DNA of 64,000 nt from an uncultured virus (IMG/VR IMGVR_UViG_3300024359_000004) (IMGVR_UViG_3300024359_000004), one strand, 5' to 3'; counted from the first letter of the stretch, positions 8,305-19,888 are shown. Made by a program: numbers and translations. The notes: generated by a model not told the origin, from the sequence alone.

Positions 8305-11037
8305 TTAGTACGAATTATATGCATTTGTTTGTATTGTTATTTCATTAACTTCACTATAAGCTGTAGTAATTATAGGATTACCACATAAATCTATATAACG
8401 TTTTTTATTTTTAACTCTATAGTATTGAGTATCACCAACAGAACCAGATAAAGGAATTGTTGCTGAATATCCAACTTGGTTTATTGTATAGTCTACATCA
8501 GTACTACTTAATATAGTTCCAAAATTATCACTATCACTAATCTCAACACTAAACAAACCTTCAGTTGTTTGTGGTGGTATTACTATTGACCAGTTAACAC
8601 CAAACGATGTTGTAAATACATCACCAACTAGTGAACCGTTTGAATTATAGAATACATTAATTATATCACCTAGAACTAACCCACCTTGGAATATAATTCT
8701 CTTAGGATTACTAGTTGATAAGTAGTAATCTATATTGTTTGCTAACGTAATACCATTTAATGTTACAATAACATCATTTCCTGGTACTACAGTATATGTT
8801 GTATAGAATTCATACCTACCAGTTGTTGTATTAAAGTAAACTGTTTCACTACCTTGGTTATTTGTAGTACCACTTGTTATTGCTGAGTCTATGCTGTACC
8901 CATCGAACCTAATACCATTTTTTTCTTGGTTATTAACCAAAGCGTATGTTAACACATCACCATCATAAGTATCACCACTAAGTGTTAATACAGCAACAGT
9001 TTGAGCAGCACCTGTTATTGGTGCTATAGTTTGTATCGAATAGTCTTCATTTTGAGAAAGTGTTAAACCATTTAATGATACAATATAACCACTATTAGCT
9101 AATGGCACATCATATTGATTAGTAGTACCATCAAGTATAAGACTATTAACTATTAACGAACCTATTTCTCTATCACCACTATCAACTTCACCTAACAATG
9201 GTGTTTCAGCTTTTGTGAAACTTACAAGGTGAAAGTCCTTATACGGTTGGTACATTAAGTATTCAGTACCACTCTTTATAGGTGGACTAACTTTTCTATC
9301 ACCATTTAAATTGGCAAACTGAGTACAAACATCGTGTATATAATAACCCTTAACTAAATAGTCACCATCTAAATCTAATGAACTAACTGGTACTGTAGTT
9401 GTGAAAGCACTAGTCCCACTAAAGTTAGACCAATAGAATTCTTCAGACCTGTATGATGGGTTACTAAAAAAGTAACCAACGGTTTTATTAAATTTATATA
9501 TATCAAACTTAAATGTCGTATTACCTGTAAGACTATTTGTGTTTGCTGTAAATGTGAAGTCTAATGGTATAGTTGTTTGACCAGTTATTACGTGAACATT
9601 CGTATCACCACTAGTTAAACCGTTAAAATCTAAATCACAAACTATTTCTGTGTTACCACTACATGTTCCAGTAAATACACAAACCGTGTCTGTATAATTT
9701 AACTGAGTACATGTATATCCAGTACCACAAACATCTAAAGAGTAACCAGCTGGACATGAATATCCAGAAGATTCACCTAAATCTAATACCTGTATTCCAG
9801 TAGTACCACTAACCACATCACTCCTATAATCAGCTGTGGTAAATATTGTTACAGCACTCAACTGAGATTCGGTTGTCATACTAGTAAGACTAGAAATACC
9901 AACATTATATATTTCAGCACCAAATGACGCATAACTACCATTATTTTTACCTTCCATCTCAATGATGTGTTTACCAGATGTTAATTGGACTTCAAATACC
10001 CTCCAATAACTAAGTGATTCTGTACCACCAGCAGCATTTTCAGATGTAAAAAACGTCTCTCCATCGAGTCTAAATCTAGCCCAATTATCGGCAGAAAGAC
10101 CTATAGAATAAGTTCCACTTGTGTTTATATCAATACAAGCTGAAAATCCTATCCATTCTAAGTTTGGTTGTCCTATACCAGGTTCTGTTGTCCATATACC
10201 ACAATTATTAAGTCTACCATAAAGAGTACTACCATTTGCATCCCATAATTGATTTGTTGAGGAAGCATTAGGTGATATTGCTGTACCACCACTTGTTCTA
10301 AGTGTTGTTGAAGTACCTGTAAGAATATACGGTATTTCACCTGTAAGATTAGTACTAAAAAAATGGGTACCATTATTGGCATAACCAGCATTAAGGTTAC
10401 CAGTAGTCGCTGTATAAATTGTACCATTAAGTGTTGCGGCAGTTGTTGTTGTAAAAACACAACTATCGTCTTCTGGTGTTGGGGTGTATCCGACTGGGCA
10501 TGAGCAGAATGTCTCACCTATAGTACTACCAGTTACTGGACAGTTATTATCATAATTAATTTCAGTTACAATACTTAAATTAAAGTTTTTAAAATCTTTT
10601 TGATTTAATGTATATTGAGTACCGTTAATTGAATAGTCATATCCTAAACTATCAAATGCTGTTACAACAGAACCAGTAAAACTACTTTCAGTTGCGGCAT
10701 CACCTATATTTGATGAAGTATAAAATATATTAGAATAAACTAATTCACTATCTTCATATATATTTGTACTCCATTCTATGTTATTAAAACATGTACCACT
10801 TAACTCATTAGATATGAAACAATCTGTAGTCGCTGTTAATACATTATTGTATGAAACACCACTTAAGTCACATGTTAGTTCAATACAGTCTATCTTACTA
10901 CCACCAGTCATGGTAAATAAAGGGATATCGAATGTGCAGATATCTGAACTAGTGTTAGGTAATGCTATTGTATGATTCCTAACATTATTTGTGTTTTGAT
11001 TATATATTCTATCTTGATATCTCATCTTATATAACAT
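8305..11037 (-). CDS. Tail fibre/baseplate-associated protein with a PA14-like beta domain
   Basis: SGTYSIGLSADNWARFRLDG...LTSGKHIIEMEG (PA14-like), flanked by CPVGY/CPAGY motifs. Duplicated VxLNGxTL...DY module. Confidence 0.6.
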   Translation of the reverse strand: MLYKMRYQDRIYNQNTNNVRNHTIALPNTSSDICTFDIPLFTMTGGSKIDCIELTCDLSGVSYNNVLTATTDCFISNELSGTCFNNIEWSTNIYEDSELVYSNIFYTSSNIGDAATESSFTGSVVTAFDSLGYDYSINGTQYTLNQKDFKNFNLSIVTEINYDNNCPVTGSTIGETFCSCPVGYTPTPEDDSCVFTTTTAATLNGTIYTATTGNLNAGYANNGTHFFSTNLTGEIPYILTGTSTTLRTSGGTAISPNASSTNQLWDANGSTLYGRLNNCGIWTTEPGIGQPNLEWIGFSACIDINTSGTYSIGLSADNWARFRLDGETFFTSENAAGGTESLSYWRVFEVQLTSGKHIIEMEGKNNGSYASFGAEIYNVGISSLTSMTTESQLSAVTIFTTADYRSDVVSGTTGIQVLDLGESSGYSCPAGYSLDVCGTGYTCTQLNYTDTVCVFTGTCSGNTEIVCDLDFNGLTSGDTNVHVITGQTTIPLDFTFTANTNSLTGNTTFKFDIYKFNKTVGYFFSNPSYRSEEFYWSNFSGTSAFTTTVPVSSLDLDGDYLVKGYYIHDVCTQFANLNGDRKVSPPIKSGTEYLMYQPYKDFHLVSFTKAETPLLGEVDSGDREIGSLIVNSLILDGTTNQYDVPLANSGYIVSLNGLTLSQNEDYSIQTIAPITGAAQTVAVLTLSGDTYDGDVLTYALVNNQEKNGIRFDGYSIDSAITSGTTNNQGSETVYFNTTTGRYEFYTTYTVVPGNDVIVTLNGITLANNIDYYLSTSNPKRIIFQGGLVLGDIINVFYNSNGSLVGDVFTTSFGVNWSIVIPPQTTEGLFSVEISDSDNFGTILSSTDVDYTINQVGYSATIPLSGSVGDTQYYRVKNKKRYIDLCGNPIITTAYSEVNEITIQTNAYNSY

Positions 11038-11551
11038 TTAATTGTAGTGTGCTAGTACTGAAACAACCTGGACTAGTTATTACTTTAACATATATTAGTG
11101 CAGTTGCACTCACATATGATGATGTAGTTAAAATAGGTATTGTTAATGTAATATCTTCATACCATTCAAAAGTAGCTGTTGTATAATCAAATGGGGCAAC
11201 ACTAGATTCAGTTGAGTCTAGGTCAAAAGTAGACAAACCTCCACCCTCATCAGCATTATCATATACTCCATTAAATATTGTTGGTGGTGTGCATGGTATT
11301 ACTGAACTAGCTTCTGATACTTCTACAACTTTAAACTCACTATCTCTATTATAACTAAGACCAAAATCTCTAGTCTTATTTAAATCTTCACTAGCAATAA
11401 CCTTCATTAAGTTTTGTATATATGCCTCGTAACAACCAACTTCAAACCAATCACCATAACCAAAAGAACCCTTAACTAGTTTAAACATACTAGTAGTGTC
11501 TTTTAAGTTATCAATTATATTTGCATTTATATTTTGTATTAAAACTGGCAT
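11027..11551 (-). CDS. Putative structural protein
   Basis: Lies in the tail operon. C-terminus (FEWYED...IYVKVITSPGCFST) looks like a small Ig-like beta module. Confidence 0.6.
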   Translation of the reverse strand: MPVLIQNINANIIDNLKDTTSMFKLVKGSFGYGDWFEVGCYEAYIQNLMKVIASEDLNKTRDFGLSYNRDSEFKVVEVSEASSVIPCTPPTIFNGVYDNADEGGGLSTFDLDSTESSVAPFDYTTATFEWYEDITLTIPILTTSSYVSATALIYVKVITSPGCFSTSTLQLNVI

Positions 11552-11563
11552 ACCTATAAATAT

Positions 11564-12631
11564 TTAAAGTCTAGAATAAAATGAAGACTCACCGTCATTA
11601 TTAATTATATCTATTGTACCTAAAAATTCTGGTGAACAAGTGTGTTGCATTTCCCATACACCAGTAACTTCTCTAGTTTCTCTATTACAATCAAATGTTT
11701 CCGTACCTCCAGTAGCGTTTGGTAGTGTTTCAAGTATAACACTAACCGAGTTGTCAGTAGACACCGCACTGAAAGGAAAATCGTTTGATGGGTCTTTCGC
11801 CCAATAAATATTATTGTGTCTATATTTATACTTCTGAGTATCAAATACAGTGTTTCTATATTCGTAAGTCGATTCCCATATTGTAGTTGCTGGAATAACT
11901 TGCTCTATTAAATCAACCCAATAATTATTTACATTTAAACCAAAGCTATCCATATCAAAATAATCATATTGACTACTTTGATAAACTGAGAAATCTAATG
12001 CGTTGTATCTATATCTCTCATAAAGCATTTTAAGTGTCGGGTAAGCACTTATAGTTTGTCTATTCTTAACATCTATTAATTCACTACTAATAGTGTTTGT
12101 AAATTCTTCAACAGAATCAACTTCAACTAAATCAGTAGTTAATTTACCACTAAGGTCTATACAGTCATCACCACATTGTGGTAATGGACAACAAGCTATG
12201 CCCCAATAATCCCTTTTCCATTGTTCTGGGTATGACCAATATGTTGTAATTTCTTGACCGCTGAAATAATAAAATATTTCATTAGTGGCACACATCACTT
12301 CATTTATTAGTTGGGTGTAGTTATCATATATTTGAGGTGTTAACTCATCCATTCTGTATTGGTTAGCTAAATCCCAAAAGTTGGTATATCTGACATCTGT
12401 TGTCATTCCACTAATTGTTTGCCATGCTGTAGTGTAACCAGTACAACCACTAAGACCAGGTTCAGCTGATAATGCCAATCTAAGTTCATTCATAGCCTTA
12501 ACAAAAGCATCTTTAGTAGCTCTAGCGGTTGTTTGAAGGTCACTCCAATCACCAATAAGTCTATAATCTTGGTTATCGCAACCAATAACATCGCTAACTG
12601 TATAATCACATAAATCAAAAAATAGTATCAT
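11564..12631 (-). CDS. Putative baseplate structural protein
   Basis: 355-aa ORF in the tail operon, Cys-rich. Confidence 0.6.
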   Translation of the reverse strand: MILFFDLCDYTVSDVIGCDNQDYRLIGDWSDLQTTARATKDAFVKAMNELRLALSAEPGLSGCTGYTTAWQTISGMTTDVRYTNFWDLANQYRMDELTPQIYDNYTQLINEVMCATNEIFYYFSGQEITTYWSYPEQWKRDYWGIACCPLPQCGDDCIDLSGKLTTDLVEVDSVEEFTNTISSELIDVKNRQTISAYPTLKMLYERYRYNALDFSVYQSSQYDYFDMDSFGLNVNNYWVDLIEQVIPATTIWESTYEYRNTVFDTQKYKYRHNNIYWAKDPSNDFPFSAVSTDNSVSVILETLPNATGGTETFDCNRETREVTGVWEMQHTCSPEFLGTIDIINNDGESSFYSRL

Positions 12632-12643
12632 ATTGTATCTTGT

Positions 12644-14734
12644 TTATTCACCATCACCTATTATGTATTTTTTTACCTGGAAATCTGGTATATATTTATT
12701 TGCAAATAAGAATGGTTTAATTGCTAGTATAGCTTCATTATAGGTTTTAAGTCTAGCATCCCTCCTAGCCCTTCTTGTTATTTGCAAATCTTCTATAAGG
12801 TTTGCAATGTCATTCGTACCATCACTTGTGTCTTCCCAATCATTTGTTAATGGGTTCCAGAAATAATATGTTGCGGCTGAATATGGTTCAACACCTCTTA
12901 TATCACCTGGATTACCAGTTATACCTGTAAGTGTTGTTAGACTATCAACTACTGGTTGATATGTTACATCACTGCCACTAAACACAACATTTAAAGAATT
13001 ACCACTAGGGCTAACTGTGTAATATTCAGTATATGCTGATGCATGATACCAATAAACCATTGGTATATTCTTAATGTCAGCTATACTGTAACCACCTAAT
13101 ACAGATGTATCTTGTTGCAGACCACTAATACTAGTTACTGGGTATTCTGGATTCTGAGCGTCACTCCAACCTATAGACTTAATAAGATTATACTCGTTTA
13201 AATCTTTTGCATAACTATCTCTATTAGCCCTGTACAAAATAGATTCATCTTCATCACAACCATATAAATAGAATGGGTTGTATAATGATGTTGTATCACA
13301 TGCACCAAACGTTTCAAAAATATCCTTAGTCCATATACCAGAATAATCTGTCATTGTATCATGTGGTAATGGGTAATCTACTATATTTTTAACAACATCA
13401 CATGTTGCTGAATAAGAACATTCAACTGGATGTGAATAATACTCATCACTAGTTATACCTGTTGTTGTACCAGTAGTTGCACTACAAGTAAGTATGTTAT
13501 TATCTTGCATATAACACCAAATATCTTGTTCAACAGCTCTAGCTGGTGAAAGATTTAAATCAACTTCCTTAGTGTTAATAACTAATTTATGATGATTAAC
13601 ATCGTATTCTGCTGGTCTATATTTTAAATCATAGAACCTTTCATCCTTTGTATCTAAAGCTACCCATGATTTCTTATTATCAATAATCTTGGTTACTTCA
13701 AACTTAGGTGGTTCTGAAATAAATGTTTCAACATTATTAACAGTCTCACATCTCTTATTTAATTTAACTCTATCTAATAGTATTTGGAAATCAGTACATG
13801 TATTATTAACATAGAAAGCCATGTTGATATCCTGATTAATAATCTGATTAATCGTTTCTTGGTCACATATTGTTTTCTCAAACTTTAACCAACAAGAATC
13901 CCACCAACCACTAATTAGACTTTCTAGATTAGGTATATCTCTTTCTTCTTCTGGAACTATATCGTATATTTCGTTAGCTAAAAGTTTTAACAAATATTTG
14001 TTACAAGCGGTTTTTTCGTTAGTTTGTTCATCACAAAGGGTGTTTAATGTTGTATTTTGGTCACCTATTATAATACCTGTGGCACCACTACTGGATTTAA
14101 TATATTCCCATAAGTTACCCTCACCAATATTAAATATATTTTCTTGGTATACTGGTTGACTATCAACTTCAATAGCAAAAGAAATGCTGAAATTCTCAAA
14201 CAAGTCAACATACGATGTACAAGAAGCTTCATTTGTGATTGTAGTTGTTTGACTTTCTAGAAATTCTATTTCTTCAGTTATTTCTTCATTTTCTCTTTCT
14301 AATTCTTTAATTACTTTTTTATAATATTCTATTTGTTCTTCAGCTTCACTTCTAGAGTATATAGTATACTCACAATCTGTTGTATATAATTCTTCATTTA
14401 TTGTTGCTTGAATCCCTTCTAATTCAGTTATCTCAGAGCAACCGTATAATGTTGTGTTTGAACCGTGTGCGTTAAACCAAGTTTGATACGTTGATGACCC
14501 TAACACCTCTTCCCAATAAACAAGACCTCCATCTGTTAAACATAGTTTCTTGTTTATTGATTCTCCAGTTCCAGGGTCTATTGTACCATCTATTGGGTCA
14601 TCTATTGGGACTCTCCCACCACAACAGTAAATACTATCGTGTATATCTATGACTCTACCTGGGTATTCTGAAACTCCATAACAAACATCACCTTGTGTTT
14701 TACACCCTCTATTTGGTTCTACATCTTTAGCCAT
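12644..14734 (-). CDS. Putative baseplate structural protein with a coiled-coil segment
   Basis: 696-aa ORF in the tail operon. Heptad segment EEQIEYYKKVIKELERENEEITEEIEFLESQ. Confidence 0.6.
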   Translation of the reverse strand: MAKDVEPNRGCKTQGDVCYGVSEYPGRVIDIHDSIYCCGGRVPIDDPIDGTIDPGTGESINKKLCLTDGGLVYWEEVLGSSTYQTWFNAHGSNTTLYGCSEITELEGIQATINEELYTTDCEYTIYSRSEAEEQIEYYKKVIKELERENEEITEEIEFLESQTTTITNEASCTSYVDLFENFSISFAIEVDSQPVYQENIFNIGEGNLWEYIKSSSGATGIIIGDQNTTLNTLCDEQTNEKTACNKYLLKLLANEIYDIVPEEERDIPNLESLISGWWDSCWLKFEKTICDQETINQIINQDINMAFYVNNTCTDFQILLDRVKLNKRCETVNNVETFISEPPKFEVTKIIDNKKSWVALDTKDERFYDLKYRPAEYDVNHHKLVINTKEVDLNLSPARAVEQDIWCYMQDNNILTCSATTGTTTGITSDEYYSHPVECSYSATCDVVKNIVDYPLPHDTMTDYSGIWTKDIFETFGACDTTSLYNPFYLYGCDEDESILYRANRDSYAKDLNEYNLIKSIGWSDAQNPEYPVTSISGLQQDTSVLGGYSIADIKNIPMVYWYHASAYTEYYTVSPSGNSLNVVFSGSDVTYQPVVDSLTTLTGITGNPGDIRGVEPYSAATYYFWNPLTNDWEDTSDGTNDIANLIEDLQITRRARRDARLKTYNEAILAIKPFLFANKYIPDFQVKKYIIGDGE

Positions 14735-14739
14735 AATTA

Positions 14740-15351
14740 TTAACTGATACCATCATTGTTATATGCACTTTTAATTTTAACACCATCATACAGTTGAACG
14801 CCTTCACCAAAACTGTCAATATTAGAGGAGCTTTCGTTACATTCAACAACATACGGTGTTTTTTCTAATTCTTCTATTAATTCTTTATACCTAGCAATAA
14901 TTTTTTGATTTTCTTTAAGTTTTTCTGTTAATTTAGTCACTTGTTCTTCATTAACATTTGATACTGTTGTAGTTGTTTCACTTGTTGCTTCAAGTAAATC
15001 GGCACAATCAAACTTAAACATATAATCAAATGATACATCTAAACAACATGTTTGGTTTTCATCAATATTAAATAAAGTACCATGGTTACCTTCTGGGTTT
15101 AATATGATTTTAAAATCATTTTTACCTTCACTTTCTGTTTTCCATAAACATTTTTGATTAACTATATCAAAATTGTAACCTAAAGCTTCACAACAAGGTT
15201 TAGTGTTGATTCTATATGTCATATTCCTATTTTCATAATCAAATAGAAAAACAGAGCCACTAGTATCTTCAACTAGTGTTAACTTGTTACTTACTATACT
15301 TTTTCGTGTTAAACAACTGGTCCTATAATCTTTTAAATCAAACTTAAACAT
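14740..15351 (-). CDS. Putative structural protein
   Basis: 203-aa ORF in the tail operon with CC motifs and a short coiled coil. Confidence 0.6.
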   Translation of the reverse strand: MFKFDLKDYRTSCLTRKSIVSNKLTLVEDTSGSVFLFDYENRNMTYRINTKPCCEALGYNFDIVNQKCLWKTESEGKNDFKIILNPEGNHGTLFNIDENQTCCLDVSFDYMFKFDCADLLEATSETTTTVSNVNEEQVTKLTEKLKENQKIIARYKELIEELEKTPYVVECNESSSNIDSFGEGVQLYDGVKIKSAYNNDGIS

Positions 15352-15403
15352 TTCTTTTATATAATTATCTTTTAATATACTTTATTTTGTCATTTAGTAA
15401 ATC

Positions 15404-18148
15404 TTATTCATAAAGAGATTTAACAAAGCTAGGTATTGTTTCACTATTACAATTAATCTTACCAGCTTTTCTATATCTAAATAGTTTATAATAATAATTA
15501 GTTTCTTTAGTTTTTCTTTCACCAAATTCAAATAACCCTTTTTCATTTAATTTACAAGCATACCCATTTTTATTTGTATATGGGTCTAAAATAACTTCTG
15601 GGTTTGTATTTGTTGGACAGAAACATGAATCAGCTTCATTAACAACTCTATTATTACCTTCTGGGTCTATGAATTTTAAGTAATAAAAACCATTAAGTTC
15701 GTATTGGTCTTGTATTGTTGGTCCAGCTAACTCCCACTTACAAGAAAGTGTACAACCACAACCCCTTTTACTAATATCTTTTATAATACCTGGTGATTGG
15801 CAACAAATGTAACCTGTATTTACTTCGGTTAATGGCATTCTACGAGTAGTTATTTGAGTGTTATCGTTCCCTATGAAATATGATGTTACATAATTTGTGT
15901 GTAGGTAAGAATACCCCTGAGCTTTCGCATCACAACATACTGGGTTTACAAATTCAGTATTAATATAAAATGGCGTACCTAAATTATAAAATGTTTGTTG
16001 CCAGTAAAAGTAATTTTCACCTCTTATGGTAATATATTTATTTTCTGGGTCTAAATTAACATTTTCACAATCAACAACCTCCGTAGTTTCTTGCTTAAGA
16101 AGTGTTACATCAATAAAAAGTGATTCATCATCTTCTGGGACATCACACCCACAATCAGTTAATTCAGGTTCTGGACATAAATCTTCATCTATATTAGTTT
16201 CTAATAAAACAACATCTGATAAATCAGCACCATCAAAGCTCTGAGCGTCAACATAAGTGTTGCCACTATATTGATTCATTAAACCACTATTGTAATTTGT
16301 AAATAAATTTGTTGTTCCAGTAGTAACTGTTGTTGATGTAAGTGTAAATGCCGAAAAATTAGGTATTATATTATCTAACTGAGCGATATATTCCTTACCG
16401 CTATCATATGGACCAACATGAGGGTTATTACCTACTAATGTGTATTGAGTTGCAGCTGAACCAGCTGTTTCTCTATACCATCCACCACCTTTTTGGAAGT
16501 ACATATCTGGTGTATCTCTAAAAAACTTAGGATAACCTTCACTATCAACATTATAATTTTCTAAATCAGTATCTAAATCATTATATTCTAATACCTTATA
16601 GAATAAATCCATATCAATAGGTTCTTTAACCCTGTATATATACTCATTGAAGTTAATTAGACCATCTGGCGTACCAATTAATTTAAAAAAGAACTCAATA
16701 GGGTTTCTAGTACCCTTAGTTTTCCATATATGAGCTGAATTTAATACAAGTCTTCTCCATAATTCAACTTCAGCCTCTTGTGGTGTATATCCCCTACTAT
16801 AACCTGGATATGTTGCTGTACCAACCTTCAAGTAGTTAGTTATTAAATCATTACCAACTAAAGAAGATGTTAATTCCCAACCAAGTATTCTAGCTAAATA
16901 CTTAACCAGTTGGTCTGGCATATTATTTTTCTTATCGTATGTTACAATATTAGCGAATTTAATACCATCAATGTATTTTTTAATTTCATCAAACTCTCTA
17001 CCATATATTCTTAGAGTTTTATTTACTTTTTCACCTTCGCTATCGATAGTACCACCATCACATGTTGGTGCTGTATCGAAGTCAGTTATAGAATCAGACG
17101 TTAAGAATCTAATTATTAAATCTGAACATGTAGAATCCTTAGCGTTTGTTACCTCTAATAAATCTGAAACATAATTTATGTACTCAGTAGTGTTAAAATC
17201 AATATTATAACCATCTGTTACTGGCCAAGTAAGTTTCTTACTAGTACTAATTATATCACCACCATCCGTTTCAATTTTGTATTTATACGTTGAACTGTAT
17301 TTTGGTGATGTAAACCTGTTTAATAGGTTGTTCTCAAACTCACTTAATGAATTAAAATATTTTTCCTCTGTTAATTCATTTGGTTTTATATGATATTCTA
17401 TTTGTCCACTAGTAGAACCACTAAATGGGTCACCTATAACTCTAAAATGGATAAAGTCATCTGTATTACTAGTTGAACCTGTAAACTCTATAACGCTATA
17501 CTCTTTATCATTAGTTAAAACAGAGTAACTATCATAACTAACCGATAAATTTCTTAACATATTATCTTGGTTAAATGTGTTAAGGGTTGTACCGTTTTGC
17601 TTATAATTTATATTAAAATTATTAATTATAAAATTAACATCAACTCTAAATGTAGAAGTGTCTGTTATAACATCATAAGAATAATTGTCAAAAGTATTAC
17701 CAACTACCGTTTGAAAACCACTATCTCTTAATGGGTTTAAATATAATGATGCTGGCCAATTAGTTATTATATTCTCTAAACTAACCCTTATGTATTCAGT
17801 TGCTGAACCAAAATAAGCAAAACTACATAATTCAGAACCGTCTAGGTTAAGAGTAGTTTTAATGTTATTATTTAATAATGTATTTGATGAATCGCTAGTT
17901 AGGTCTAAGGTTTGTAATGTATAAAATTTAGTAAATTTCTTCATACTAAATAATCTACTTATTCTACCTTCAGTATTTACTGTAGTTACAAAATTACCAA
18001 ACGTAAATGTTGAGTCAGTTCCGTCAGCATCACTTGTTAACTGATTACCAACTAAATCATCACTAAAGTTTCTATACTCAATTCCGTTATCGTAAAAAAC
18101 TCTTTGAGCGTAACCAACTACTTTTATTCTATCATTATTATTAGGCAT
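15404..18148 (-). CDS. Baseplate wedge protein (P2 gpI/T4 gp7-like domain)
   Basis: LVKYLARILGW...LWRRLVLNSAHIWKTKGTRNPIEFFFKLIG resembles the gpI/gp7-type KGT segment. Confidence 0.65.
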   Translation of the reverse strand: MPNNNDRIKVVGYAQRVFYDNGIEYRNFSDDLVGNQLTSDADGTDSTFTFGNFVTTVNTEGRISRLFSMKKFTKFYTLQTLDLTSDSSNTLLNNNIKTTLNLDGSELCSFAYFGSATEYIRVSLENIITNWPASLYLNPLRDSGFQTVVGNTFDNYSYDVITDTSTFRVDVNFIINNFNINYKQNGTTLNTFNQDNMLRNLSVSYDSYSVLTNDKEYSVIEFTGSTSNTDDFIHFRVIGDPFSGSTSGQIEYHIKPNELTEEKYFNSLSEFENNLLNRFTSPKYSSTYKYKIETDGGDIISTSKKLTWPVTDGYNIDFNTTEYINYVSDLLEVTNAKDSTCSDLIIRFLTSDSITDFDTAPTCDGGTIDSEGEKVNKTLRIYGREFDEIKKYIDGIKFANIVTYDKKNNMPDQLVKYLARILGWELTSSLVGNDLITNYLKVGTATYPGYSRGYTPQEAEVELWRRLVLNSAHIWKTKGTRNPIEFFFKLIGTPDGLINFNEYIYRVKEPIDMDLFYKVLEYNDLDTDLENYNVDSEGYPKFFRDTPDMYFQKGGGWYRETAGSAATQYTLVGNNPHVGPYDSGKEYIAQLDNIIPNFSAFTLTSTTVTTGTTNLFTNYNSGLMNQYSGNTYVDAQSFDGADLSDVVLLETNIDEDLCPEPELTDCGCDVPEDDESLFIDVTLLKQETTEVVDCENVNLDPENKYITIRGENYFYWQQTFYNLGTPFYINTEFVNPVCCDAKAQGYSYLHTNYVTSYFIGNDNTQITTRRMPLTEVNTGYICCQSPGIIKDISKRGCGCTLSCKWELAGPTIQDQYELNGFYYLKFIDPEGNNRVVNEADSCFCPTNTNPEVILDPYTNKNGYACKLNEKGLFEFGERKTKETNYYYKLFRYRKAGKINCNSETIPSFVKSLYE

Positions 18149-18152
18149 ACAA

Positions 18153-19067
18153 TTATACGTTTGCTATATCATCAAATCCCTTAGTGAAATCAATGTTATT
18201 AAATCTATTTTCTTTAACCTCAAATAATGGTTTACCGTCAAACCTATCCTTAATTTCAAATAGGTTAAATTGTTTATAAATATCATTATTAAAGTTGTAG
18301 ACAGTATAAATACCATCTTCAAGACTCTTAGTCTGATTACCAAATAATCCAATAGCTAATGACTCAACATCGTAATCAACCATTTCAACCTCTAAAACAA
18401 ATGGTGTAAAAAATGTATTCGTTATTATTACATCCTGATTTGGTGTGCCAATGAATGGTAATACATTTGGTTTAACATTCGTAGGTGAAGACGGTGAAAC
18501 TGTACAAAACACTAAATTAGACGAATCCTCAAACCTATATCTAATAGCTTTTTGACTTGTATCTGATAAGTTCTGATTAACAGGTTCTGATTTATTATTT
18601 GAAGTAATTATTCTAAAAGTATTTTTAATTTTTCTATCTTCAGTAGTTGTGTTTGTTGTAATATACTCAACCCTATAACCAATAAGATTATTGTTTTGGA
18701 ATTTATCTAGGAATGGTGCTAAATTAATATCTGTTGTATCAAAAACAATACCCTTAACATCTGGAAATGCTGATAGTACACCACAATCTGAAATTCTAGT
18801 TCTTATTTCAACAGGTTTAAATACTATAGTGTATATCCCTTTATCACCAAATTCAGTTACAGGTAATCTAAGTGTGTATAAACCACCAAATATCTCAAAT
18901 GTATTTGAGAGGTTATTTGGGTTATTAATAGGTATTAAATTACCAGAATCTAGTTTAAAAACATTAGTATTTTGACTCTGCCTATTTGGTGCGTAAAACA
19001 CAGTTATCTCCACGTCACTTGGTGACATGTCTGCGGGTCTAACTGTTCCGTAAATTCCTGTTGCCAT
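18153..19067 (-). CDS. Putative structural protein
   Basis: 304-aa beta-rich ORF in the tail operon, preceded by TATTTAT. Confidence 0.65.
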   Translation of the reverse strand: MATGIYGTVRPADMSPSDVEITVFYAPNRQSQNTNVFKLDSGNLIPINNPNNLSNTFEIFGGLYTLRLPVTEFGDKGIYTIVFKPVEIRTRISDCGVLSAFPDVKGIVFDTTDINLAPFLDKFQNNNLIGYRVEYITTNTTTEDRKIKNTFRIITSNNKSEPVNQNLSDTSQKAIRYRFEDSSNLVFCTVSPSSPTNVKPNVLPFIGTPNQDVIITNTFFTPFVLEVEMVDYDVESLAIGLFGNQTKSLEDGIYTVYNFNNDIYKQFNLFEIKDRFDGKPLFEVKENRFNNIDFTKGFDDIANV

Positions 19068-19102
19068 CTTTTATTAATTTTAACTCTTTTATATAAATAT
19101 CA

Positions 19103-19888
19103 TTACTTTATTATTTTATAGTAACCATTACCATAATTTATTAAATCAGACATATTCTTAATCTCACCCATCTGTAGGTGACTTTGGAATGCCGAATTTA
19201 TACCTCTATCTATATCAACATCACTATACACTGTAGGTGTTGTTGTTATACCAAAAAGATATTCTTGTTTCGTTATAGCTGAAAGTGTTGTGTTTGTATT
19301 ATTAAAACCTTCACCTTTATAATACATCTCAGTTACTGGTATGTCTATATTACCATTAATACTATCTACTATAGGTCTTGTTAACCCACTATATGTTTTA
19401 TAAAATATACCTCTAGTTTGATTTGGGTTATTTGGGTTTATTGTATAACTATCATCACCACCAATAACATATGTAATTGGCATCTGATTATCGTCACTAA
19501 CCACTCTGTCTACAGCTGTATATGAATTACCTTGGTAGTCGTCAACAGTATTATTAGACATATTAAGACCTGGTTGATATACTTGTGTAAATGAATAAGA
19601 TTTAACTAAATCTAATTTATCTCTGGTATACCCAGTTATAAATAAAGATGGTGTGAAATAATCTGATAGTGTTTTATTTACATATCTAACATCTGGAGTG
19701 TATGGGTCCATTATTGTTGTTGTATTAGTGTCTGCTGTAAATTCTACATTAGTACCAATACCCATATCATCCATATCTTGTTTGAAAAATACATTAACAT
19801 AGAATGTTGTTGCGGTCATTTGACCCCAAGTATTCTTTTTCCTACTAGTGTAGTTATCTAATGATATTTTTCTTTTTATTATCTCCAT
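19103..19888 (-). CDS. Putative structural protein
   Basis: 261-aa ORF coupled to the upstream gene by a TAATG overlap. Confidence 0.65.
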   Translation of the reverse strand: MEIIKRKISLDNYTSRKKNTWGQMTATTFYVNVFFKQDMDDMGIGTNVEFTADTNTTTIMDPYTPDVRYVNKTLSDYFTPSLFITGYTRDKLDLVKSYSFTQVYQPGLNMSNNTVDDYQGNSYTAVDRVVSDDNQMPITYVIGGDDSYTINPNNPNQTRGIFYKTYSGLTRPIVDSINGNIDIPVTEMYYKGEGFNNTNTTLSAITKQEYLFGITTTPTVYSDVDIDRGINSAFQSHLQMGEIKNMSDLINYGNGYYKIIK

